A stretch of 64,000 nucleotides of DNA from Bacteroidetes bacterium MED-G20 (GTDB lineage: Bacteria; Bacteroidota; Bacteroidia; Flavobacteriales_D; Parvicellaceae). Below the pieces are notes generated by a model. It was given only the letters and a program-made list of their open reading frames with translations, had not been told where the DNA came from and searched no databases. Made by a program: the position numbers and the translations under genes. Shown piece after piece: positions 1 through 8,463 of this stretch. Location: NCBI GenBank assembly GCA_905182745.1, contig CAJJCR010000005.1, positions 48,764 through 112,763 of the forward strand. The letters run 5' to 3'. The number at the start of each line of letters is the position of its first letter. Within the stretch, counting starts at the first letter, position 1.

Positions 1-340
1 ATGAAATATAGTTTGCAGCATTATTTTTAATGTTTTTATTTTTGCTTTCTCTTTTTGTAAGGTTAAAATAATACTTGGGCTCTAAAAAAATGGAAACTTG
101 GTTTTTTAAAGAGTCAAAACTTTGCTTAATCGCAAATTTTAGTCTGTACTCAGTCCCAACTTCTGTTCTTAAAGCAAATTGATTGTGAAGTTTTAATTCA
201 TGATTTATCCAAGTGCCAAAATAGCCTGTTTGTATGGATAAAATTGATTTCTCTACACTAACTTTTTCAGATTTAGTTTTTTGAGAAAATGTAATGGAGT
301 AAAATAAGTAGAATATTAAAAATAAAATAAATTTGTTCAT
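1..340 (-). CDS. Partial secreted/outer-membrane hypothetical protein, runs off the window edge
   Basis: Manual translation from ATG at 340 is open to base 1: MNKFILFLIFYLFYSITFSQKTKSEKVSVEKSILSIQTGYFGTWINHELKL... It has a signal-peptide-like N-terminus and is absent from the ORF track. Confidence 0.75.
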   Translation of the reverse strand, partial: MNKFILFLIFYLFYSITFSQKTKSEKVSVEKSILSIQTGYFGTWINHELKLHNQFALRTEVGTEYRLKFAIKQSFDSLKNQVSIFLEPKYYFNLTKRESKNKNIKNNAANYIS

Positions 341-354
341 AATCTTAGTTGACC

Positions 355-378
355 AATAACCATACCAGTATGGCTATT
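355..378 (-). terminator. Hairpin downstream of the anti-sigma-like gene
   Basis: Minus strand AATAGCCATAC-TG-GTATGGTTATT inverted repeat just after the stop at 398; there is no long U tail. Confidence 0.45.
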
Positions 379-397
379 AGGATAAAAAAACGGATAG

Positions 398-2137
398 TTA
401 TAACCTTAAGGCAACCCCAATATTTAACCCTAAAAGATGATATTTGTGATCAATATCTGATTTTAAAACGGAGTTGGTTAAGTTAAACCAGTATTTTGGT
501 TCAACAAACATTTCGATTTTTTTAAATTGGTAGCTAACAGAAGCAGTAGTTACAATATTGTAAATAGTCTTTTTTGCTTTAAAACTGTGAAGTCCTTGAA
601 TATTGGAATTGTAATACATTCCTTTAGTATTATTAATTCTAAATCCTACAGCACCACCTGCTCTTAATCCAATACTTATATTTTTTAATTTAAATTGATA
701 ACCTATCATAAATGGAATATTTAAGTAAGTGTATCTGTTTTGAACATTGTAATTATTTATAGATTCTTCCTCATAGCTCTCATTTATCCAATAAGATGTA
801 TCCATCATTATAGAATAAATTGCAGTATCCATTTGACTGGTAGTTCCAATTGTAATAAGGAACATGAAATGTTCCAATAGTCTCAAACGGTGTCTATAAA
901 ATTAGAGTCATATACCATGTTAGTTTTCGTGAATCGTCGTTGTAGTCTATTTTTTCACCAAGACTAGCTGTATTAATCCAGTAGATAAAGAGAATTTATT
1001 ATTTAAATTGTAATTAACTCTGAGATCTAATGGTAATGAAACAATACAATCTTCCAATGTCTGAGAATACTGAGGATTAGGTGCCATTCCTTGGCTAGGA
1101 TCTAATATTGAATTTTGTTTCATAATATAATTAGTTCCTAGAGAAAATGAGATGCTGAATTTTTTTTCAACTTTCATAGAATCGTATAATTCTACCATTT
1201 CATTTTGAAGTGAATCAGGTGCTATCTGAATAGAATCTTTAATAATTGAGTCTAAAAGATTCTGTGAAAGTGAATCTGTAATAGAATCTTTTAACAAGAA
1301 AACTACATTTTCTAACGTATCACTTATCTCTTTTAGAGAAGTATCATTTATTGCATTAAAACTATCTGTAGAATCAATCATCAATGGATTTATAAGATTA
1401 TTGTAAGTGGAGTCTGTTATAATGTCATTAATTATTTCTTCTTCTTTAATTAAAATGGAATTACTTTTTGGATTATTTAATGCTAATTCAGCTAGTTTAT
1501 CCTTGCTATTTTCTAAATCATTTTCTTTTACTAATACGTTTGTATTTTTAGTTACAACAGAAATTTTTGATGTTGGAATATCTAACGAAGTGCTACTTTT
1601 AGAGAATGTATTAAAAACTTCTTTTCTCTGTGAGGTTTCTAAAGTTTTTTTATTTTTTGAATTGCTATTTTTTGGTTGATTAATTTTTGAATTTTCTTGA
1701 TTTGTTGAAATACTTTCAGATTTTTTAGCATCATTAGCTTTTGTTTTACCAGCTCCTAGATTCTCTTTATTGATATTTAGATTCTCTGCACTTATTAGTT
1801 TATTAGTAGATTTAACTATTGTCTCATTTTCGTAATAATTAATATAAAGTAAGCTAGATATTAATAACAACAAAGCAGCTGCTGCACTATACCAATATTT
1901 CGATTTAAATCTTTTAAGCTGATCCAATTGTTGCTCAAGATTGCTTAAATGCTTGTCGTCCAGAGAAAACTCTCTTTTATTTAGCTTGCTCTTAAAAAAA
2001 TCATCAATGTTTTTTGGATTGTTAAACTTATCCAATTGATTTTCAAAATCTTTCAAATGTTGGTCATCCATTTTGAAGTTCCTATTTTCAAGATTGCTCT
2101 TAAAAAAATCGTCAATATTTCTATCGCTATTTTTCAA
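398..2137 (-). CDS. Anti-sigma-like membrane protein with C-terminal outer-membrane beta-barrel (frameshifted; ORFs 947..2137 and 398..886)
   Basis: Overlaps the ECF sigma stop. It has N-terminal IDDFFK repeats, one TM helix (YWYSAAAALLLLISSLLYI), a long low-complexity linker and C-terminal amphipathic strands ending LGLNIGVALRL. Confidence 0.7.
1904..2119 (-). repeat. Intragenic tandem duplication, 2 x 108 nt (36 aa)
   Basis: NIDDFFKSNLENRNFKMDDQHLKDFENQLDKF versus NIDDFFKSKLNKREFSLDDKHLSNLEQQLDQL. The DNA ttgctcttaaaaaaatc occurs at 1986 and 2094. Confidence 0.85.
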
Positions 2138-2675
2138 CTAAATTTTGTTTTTTTAATATTTGTTCTTTCAATTTTTTTCTTGCTTCTTTAACATGCCATT
2201 TGGATGTATTAGTAGAAATATTTAATTGCTCTGCTATTTCTTTATGTGAATAACCATCTATAGCAAAAAGGTTAAAAACTAACTTGGTAGCTTTTGGAAG
2301 TTTTAAAATCATATTGTTTAACTCCTCTGCTCTTATTTCTAAATCATAATCATTTATAGTGTAATTCTCATTAGTAGATATTTCATCACTGTACTCAATT
2401 AAATTATGCTTTGAATTTTTCCTAAAATCATCTATTGCAGTATTAATGGCAATTCTTCTTATCCAAGCATTGAATGGAATATTAGGTTTGTAAGATTCTA
2501 TATTGGTTAGCACTTTTAAAAATGAGGTTATAGATAATGATTTTGCATCTTCTTCGTTTTTTTTATATCTGTAGGCTACGCTCATTAGAATACCAAAACT
2601 CTTTTTGTAAAGTTCGAGTTGAGCTCTTCTATCTTGGTTAATTAGTTTTTTAATAAATGAATTATCTAATTCCAA
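2127..2675 (-). CDS. RNA polymerase ECF sigma-70 factor
   Basis: Region 2 FNAWIRRIAINTAIDDFRK and region 4 VFNLFAIDGYSHKEIAEQLNIS; 182 aa, TTG start. Confidence 0.95.
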   Translation of the reverse strand: MELDNSFIKKLINQDRRAQLELYKKSFGILMSVAYRYKKNEEDAKSLSITSFLKVLTNIESYKPNIPFNAWIRRIAINTAIDDFRKNSKHNLIEYSDEISTNENYTINDYDLEIRAEELNNMILKLPKATKLVFNLFAIDGYSHKEIAEQLNISTNTSKWHVKEARKKLKEQILKKQNLVEK

Positions 2676-2699
2676 AAAAAATAAATTAATGCCATTAAA

Positions 2700-2926
2700 T
2701 TAGTATTTCAATAATTTTTCAGGCAAGTGATTTATAGCATTATAACAATTTATTTCACTAAGCTTATGTTTTCATCTGGTTTTCAGTTTTACTAAATTTA
2801 GGATTGGTATTCTTCAAACTGTATTATATCCATCATTTCATTACACTCCTTATCTGTAATATATCCTTTTGCATATCCTTTAATATACTCCAAGGCTCTT
2901 TCCGCTTTTTCTACATCTAAATTCAT
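2700..2926 (-). CDS. Small hypothetical protein (42 aa as read, 2798..2926; possibly about 75 aa with indels)
   Basis: MNLDVEKAERALEYIKGYAKGYITDKECNEMMDIIQFEEYQS*. Another frame continues LSEINCYNAINHLPEKLLKY* to 2700. It lies directly behind an ECF-like promoter. Confidence 0.45.
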
Positions 2927-2936
2927 TAATAACTAT

Positions 2937-2962
2937 AACGAAAATAATTTAAGGTTGTGGTG
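2937..2962 (-). promoter_or_regulatory. Putative ECF-type promoter CACCAC-N16-CGTT
   Basis: Sits upstream of the small ORF/ECF/anti-sigma unit; similar motifs occur at 4046-4071, 4715-4740 and 12511-12536. Confidence 0.55.
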
Positions 2963-2997
2963 GGTAAGAAAGTTATTTTATTAGTATGTATTTTAAT

Positions 2998-3044
2998 TAA
3001 ACTACCATAATATCTTTTAGTCTTGTAAATATTATGGTAGTTTA
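2998..3044 (-). terminator. 16-bp perfect inverted repeat, probable terminator
   Basis: taaactaccataatat-N15-atattatggtagttta, 19 nt after the stop of 3063..4016. Confidence 0.65.
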
Positions 3045-3062
3045 TTAAAGTTATTTAACAGT

Positions 3063-4016
3063 TTATTTAATAAAGCTTAGTGTTTCTACATGGTTTTCCC
3101 CATTTATTTTTAGGAAATAAAGCCCATTAGTTAATTCCTTAGTAGACAATTCTATTTTATTGTTTCCAGAACTAATTTTAACATTTTCATTTTTGATAAT
3201 TTTTCCAGAATAGTCAAAATAAGTTAAACTAAGATTTGTGTTTTTATCACATGAATAATCTAAAAAAGATAGATTATTAACAGGATTTGGATAAATTTTA
3301 GATTTATTTTTAGGTTCTGAATTTAAAATATCTAAAGTGTTAACTTGGCTTTCATTAATCACATTTAACGTATATCCACTACTTTTTGAACTAATAGTAA
3401 TGGTATCACAGTAATAACTACTACACCCATTGGCATCTGTATAAGTCAAACATAAATTATAATCGCCAACTTGGTTGTATACATGAGTTGGATACTGGAG
3501 ATTGGAAGTATTTCCATCTCCAAAGACCCAATTGTAAGCGAAAGGACCTGTCCCACCAGTAGAGTTTTCTACACAATAAATATCTGTAGTGAAAGTATTA
3601 AGAGTACTATCAAAATTTTGCCACCAGTAGAAATTGGCATTACAATTTAAAGGTGGAGGATTAGAACCTGAAGAAATAATCCAATTATTTCCATTCCAAA
3701 CTAATGTATCACAACAAAAAGTGTTCATAGTAGAGATACATGTAATTAAAGTATCATAAGGTTGTCCAGTATTAGTATTAAAATTATAAACGCTATGAGT
3801 AGTACTCATACTAGAGTCATTTTGTAGTATGCTACTTCCAGCATTTCCTCCATAACCTACAGTATACCAGTTATAAATAAATGTATTTAGATTATTAGCA
3901 GTAATTTGTAATTGATATTGCGAGCCGGTAATGGTTAACGAATCACAAGCTGTAGATTGTCCTTTAATAAAAGTTAAGGTTAGAATCGAAAGAAATAAAA
4001 GGGTAATTTTTTTCAT
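3063..4016 (-). CDS. PKD-domain protein with T9SS type A C-terminal sorting domain
   Basis: Signal peptide, PKD motif YNWVFGDGNTSNLQYPTHVY and CTD IYPNPV...LTNGLYFLKI...SFIK. Confidence 0.9.
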   Translation of the reverse strand: MKKITLLFLSILTLTFIKGQSTACDSLTITGSQYQLQITANNLNTFIYNWYTVGYGGNAGSSILQNDSSMSTTHSVYNFNTNTGQPYDTLITCISTMNTFCCDTLVWNGNNWIISSGSNPPPLNCNANFYWWQNFDSTLNTFTTDIYCVENSTGGTGPFAYNWVFGDGNTSNLQYPTHVYNQVGDYNLCLTYTDANGCSSYYCDTITISSKSSGYTLNVINESQVNTLDILNSEPKNKSKIYPNPVNNLSFLDYSCDKNTNLSLTYFDYSGKIIKNENVKISSGNNKIELSTKELTNGLYFLKINGENHVETLSFIK

Positions 4017-4090
4017 TTTTAAATGTTTAATTGATTTATTGAAATAACGCTAAAATTGAAAAAAAGGGGGGGTGAGGTAAGAAAATAAAA

Positions 4091-4681
4091 TTATTTATTT
4101 ATAAATTTCTTCTCTGTAGAACCATCAGAATACAAGTAGATTACCATTTCATGATTGATTTTTTCAGGATCTACAATTTGTCCAGCAAGATTGTAAATAT
4201 TTACCAGCTTCTTATTCTTAGATTCTAAATTTGAAATATTGGTAAATCCAGTATTTAACATAAAAAGATTCCAAAAAGAAGGCATTAAAATGTCCCTAGA
4301 TATGAAAAATGGTAAAATACAATTAGTTACAGGCGTTGTTGAGGTTGCAGTGTCTCCCATGTTAAGCGTTAGAATAAAGAAATAGTAACTATCATTAAAA
4401 TTAAAATTACAACTGAATGTTGGACTAGGTACTGAACTCTGCCAAAAATGAGTATTATTTGATATGTTATGATACCCTGGAGGATAAGCTCTCCAGTCAT
4501 AAATACCAGATACAGTAGTAATATTAGGATTTAGATTTACTAAACTATCGTAATTGGTAGTTAGCACAACTTCCGTAAATGAATTTTGAGGAAGCAAGTG
4601 AACTCTTAAATCTCCACAATTTTGAGATTTTATTAAAAATGGAAATGATAGTCCTAAAATTATTAATCTTATTCTTTTCAC
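4091..4681 (-). CDS. Secreted hypothetical protein with short T9SS-like CTD
   Basis: Signal peptide and C-terminal KKLVNIYNLAGQ...IYLYSDGSTEKKFINK. Confidence 0.75.
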   Translation of the reverse strand: MKRIRLIILGLSFPFLIKSQNCGDLRVHLLPQNSFTEVVLTTNYDSLVNLNPNITTVSGIYDWRAYPPGYHNISNNTHFWQSSVPSPTFSCNFNFNDSYYFFILTLNMGDTATSTTPVTNCILPFFISRDILMPSFWNLFMLNTGFTNISNLESKNKKLVNIYNLAGQIVDPEKINHEMVIYLYSDGSTEKKFINK

Positions 4682-4764
4682 AACGTAATTATAAATTATT
4701 TATTTAGAATCATTTACGGATGTTTAACTAAAAGTGAGTGGTTTAGATATGAGTATCATTTATT

Positions 4765-5550
4765 TTAAATACTTATATAGCCTTCAAAATAAGTTGTTGC
4801 TTTTCCACTTATTTCAACTCTGTCTTTTTTTAGTTCGCAGAATAATTCTCCTTTTCTTTCTGAAATTTGTTGAGCATTCATCCTTTTTTTAAGGAATTTA
4901 TTTGACCAATAAGGGGTTAATGTACAATGTGCCGAACCGGTAACAGGATCTTCTAAAATGGTTGCTTGCGGTGTAAAAAAACGAGAGACAAAATCACAAT
5001 GGTCTCCTTTAGCTGTAACAATTACACCACCTGGATTAAGATTGATTTGATCAAATACTTCTCTATTTACAACTATATCTTCTATTTCTTTTTGATTTTC
5101 ATAAACCAATAAATAATCTCTTGCTTTTAGAACTTTTTTTGGTTGGATATTTAAAGCATTTTTTATTTCATCTGGCAGTGTTGCTGCAATAGGATCTCTT
5201 CTTGGTAAATTCATTAAATAGCGTCCATTATTTAAGGATACTTCTAATTCTCCACTCAATGTTTCAAAGATTACTTTTTCAGACTCTAATTTTAGTTCTG
5301 AAAGAATACAATGTGCAGTTGCCAGTGTAGCATGTCCACATAAATCCATTTCTATATCAGGTGTAAACCACCTTAAATGAAAGTTATTCCCCTTCTTCAC
5401 AAAAAAAGCAGTTTCAGCCACTGCATTTTCTTGAGCAATTTTTAATAAGACTTCGTCTTGTAGCCAGTTTTCTAAAGGAACTACACAAGCAGGATTCCCG
5501 CCAAATACCTTATCACTAAAAGCATCTATTTGAAATATTGGCAGCTTCAT
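4765..5550 (-). CDS. PhzF family epimerase/isomerase
   Basis: QIDAF...GGNPA, ETAF, EMDLCGHATLA and EDPVTGSAH motifs. Confidence 0.93.
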   Translation of the reverse strand: MKLPIFQIDAFSDKVFGGNPACVVPLENWLQDEVLLKIAQENAVAETAFFVKKGNNFHLRWFTPDIEMDLCGHATLATAHCILSELKLESEKVIFETLSGELEVSLNNGRYLMNLPRRDPIAATLPDEIKNALNIQPKKVLKARDYLLVYENQKEIEDIVVNREVFDQINLNPGGVIVTAKGDHCDFVSRFFTPQATILEDPVTGSAHCTLTPYWSNKFLKKRMNAQQISERKGELFCELKKDRVEISGKATTYFEGYISI

Positions 5551-5551
5551 A

Positions 5552-5911
5552 CTATAGATACTCTAGATTTTTTCGTGTGCGTTCATTTTCCAATTCTCCA
5601 GTATTGATAGTAGTTGCAGGTTCAAAAAGCATTATAGAAACTTCTTCTTCTGCAATAGGCTTATGTTCAACTCCTTTTGGAACTATGATTATTTCATTTT
5701 CTTGGATAGTTTCTGTTCTGTCTCTAAATGCTATTTTTAAGGTTCCTTCTAGAACTAAAAACATCTCGTCTTCATCATCGTGTTTGTGCCAAATAAATTC
5801 CCCTTTTAACTTGGCAATTTTTACATGTTGCTTGTTTAATTCTCCAATAATTCTAGGATTCCAATGGTCTTTGAATTGAGCTAACTTTTGGGATATATTT
5901 ATTTTTTTCAT
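5552..5911 (-). CDS. Cupin domain protein
   Basis: GEFIWHKHDDEDEMFLVLEG and VPKGVEHKP; likely start MKKIN at 5911. Confidence 0.9.
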   Translation of the reverse strand: MKKINISQKLAQFKDHWNPRIIGELNKQHVKIAKLKGEFIWHKHDDEDEMFLVLEGTLKIAFRDRTETIQENEIIIVPKGVEHKPIAEEEVSIMLFEPATTINTGELENERTRKNLEYL

Positions 5912-5973
5912 AACAAGATTTAACAACCTGAGCTACATTAAAAATATAGTAAAATTAGATATCTGATATTTCA

Positions 5974-6499
5974 TTAATACTTTTCTACCTTATCGCTAGT
6001 TCCAATGAATACATTTACACCTTTTAGTTGAGGATTGCCTGCTATTCTTCGCCAAGAAGTAATTTGCCCTACGTGGGTTAGTGCGTCTGCAAGTGGACCA
6101 TTGATCCAATACCAAAAGGGTAGTTTTCTAGAAGTGTTTTTTTCTATTTCTAACAAATCTTCATCACTCATTTTTTTTAATCTTTCTGAAAGTTATTCAA
6201 ACTAAAAGAGATTTCATTCTTATTTGCTGAAATGAGTTTAAGGAATCTTTGTTTTGTTTTTCTCCACCGAAAACTCTAAAAGTACTATCTACTAAATCAA
6301 AAATATGACTGTTTACTTCCTCAATACTCATACTGGTAGAGTGTGGTCTAAACTTAATATCATCTTCACTTAGATTTTCTGTAGCCCAGCGATATCTAAA
6401 TGCCAATCCTTCCACCACTCTTAAAAGAATATTAGTAGCTGTTAATTCAGTAGGGGTTTTTGAAATATCTTCGAATGGCAATTCTTGATTTCTATCCAT
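5974..6499 (-). CDS. DinB/YfiT-like four-helix protein (frameshifted near 6200)
   Basis: ORFs 6197..6499 and 5974..6171; MSIEEVNSHI and LADALTHVGQITSWRR His motifs. Confidence 0.7.
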
Positions 6500-6506
6500 A
6501 AAAAAA

Positions 6507-7433
6507 TTAAATAACCTTATCAGATTCTTTTTCTTCTATAGCTACTTCTTTAGGGAATTGAACATTAATTTTTTCAAATTGAATATGAAGTATCAGCATT
6601 AAAAAACCAGCATGATACAGATGAAACAATAAGAACATTATTCATCAATCCATCGGCTGAAAAGGAGAGACGAATTAGAATGGTAGAAATAATAAATCCG
6701 GAGTTTCTAAATACTTCATGAAATTTATCAGTTTTGTATAATGAGATTAAAAGCAATAGTACATCTGCCATTATAAGAACTGTAAAGAATTCATTAAAGA
6801 AAAGTTCGTTAATATCTTGAATAGAGAAAAATACTTGGTCTATGGATGCTACTTCAATGTATATCCATTTAAACAAGCTTGAAACAGCCAAAAATATTAA
6901 AACTGGCAGAAGGAAAAGAGCGATGGTTTTTTTCCTTTTTACAAATAAATCTAGATTTTCTATTTTTTCCTTTTTTGGATTTAGTTTTTTACTTCTAGTA
7001 TTAAAGTAGTTGAATAAAAAAATAATAAAGAAAAGAACTAGAGTAGAAATTAAGTCATAAGTGAGTTGAAGATCGTATTGCTGGTTAAACCAGTCGGCAC
7101 TAACATCAATATTGGCCATGTCTTTAAAAATTCTTCTAACGATAATCAACGTTATTATTTCGTATTGTTTTCTTATATATTGAGAGATGGACCGGGGTAA
7201 ATAATAGATAACTAAGAAAACTTCATATACTAAAATGAAAGAAAAAGGAGTGTAAATAGCTGCAATTGGGTTGGTAAGTAATTGTCGTCTGAAAAATTTA
7301 GAATTTCTAAATACTTAAGAAAAATTAAAAGCAGGTGGATTACAAAACTTACTATAGAAAGGGTGACAAAAATTCTTTCTGTTTTATTTTTAAATTCTTC
7401 CGAGAAAACTTTAGTACTTAATCTTTCAATCAT
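6507..7433 (-). CDS. Multi-pass membrane hypothetical protein (frameshifted)
   Basis: ORFs 7230..7433 and 6574..7149 join through LLTNPIAAIYTPFSFILVYEVF...YEIITLIIVRRIFKD; several TM helices. Confidence 0.7.
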
Positions 7434-7654
7434 GATTGTTAGTTTATGTAAACTTAGTCATATTAAGAATAGCTCTAAATATCTGTTTGTCAATTTTTTA
7501 CACATGTAATTCTTAATGATGATTTTAACGGGCAATAAACTATTGCTTTAATGGAATAGAAAAAATTAGCTTGAAATTAGGGCGTCAAACAATTGCCTAT
7601 GATAATGAGAAAAATCATTTGATGGTAAATTATATCTTTTTAGATAATGAGCCA

Positions 7655-8394
7655 TTAAGGCCTATTTCCTTCTACTCTAGAATCACCAAGAGGCAAAATA
7701 TTGATAGATGTAGAAGAAGCATATTCCGATTGAATTCCGCTAAAATAAATATCTGCAATAAATTTAGCACCAGCTTGATTGTAATGTACTGCATCTGCTA
7801 AATAAGACTCATTAAAGTTAGAATTCATGTCTAGGGCAATAACTTTGGATGTATTGGTAGATAAAGAATCTGCAATAGAAACAATCTGAGAATTGAAATC
7901 ATTAATGTTGTTAGTTAATGAACTAGTCATAGTTTCACTATTAGCAGGCGCAATTTGTTCTAAAAATATAGTGACATTAGAATTGTGAGTTTGTAATTTC
8001 TCAACAAGTTGAACAATATTTGATATTGGTTCTGAAGGTGGATTTCCACCATCTAATAAATCGTTTCCCACCAATACTTAGAAGTACTAATATCTGGTGA
8101 TGATATTGCTGCAAGTACTTCATCTATATTAGCAAGTACATCTTCAGATTCATAACCTCCAGCCCCTTCATGATCATTGTCAAATTCTTCACCAGAATAT
8201 TCTTCGTAGGTTCCATAATCTTTTTGTCTTCCTACAAAATCAAAATTATAGTTATTGTCTACTAGGTTTTTCCATAGTTCATACCTGTAGCTTTCAAAAA
8301 AGTCATTTTCTTCTTCATCATCTTTCTTACAAGATGAAATTATGGTTGCAAAAAGAGATATTAAAATAAGAAGTTTAGAGATTCTGAAATTCAT
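7655..8394 (-). CDS. SGNH/GDSL hydrolase lipoprotein, circularly permuted (two indels at about 8068-8090)
   Basis: Lipobox ISSC. Block II HEGAGG, block III VLLSIGGND (after indel repair) and block V DAVH are present, while block I ILPLGDS is at the C-terminus. Confidence 0.85.
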
Positions 8395-8463
8395 AGTTTT
8401 TTTTCTTAAAAGTAAACGTTATTTTTAAATCATTATTAATTTCGTTTATTATTTTTAATAACT

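Noticed and set aside
4061..4072. G7 tract in a promoter as a phase-variation switch
   Set aside because: It is short, homopolymer lengths are unreliable in this assembly, and it is better explained as the -35 element of the ECF-like promoter.
7532..7546. GCAATA-aac-TATTGC inverted repeat
   Set aside because: The arms are only 6 bp in AT-rich DNA, too weak to call a terminator or operator.
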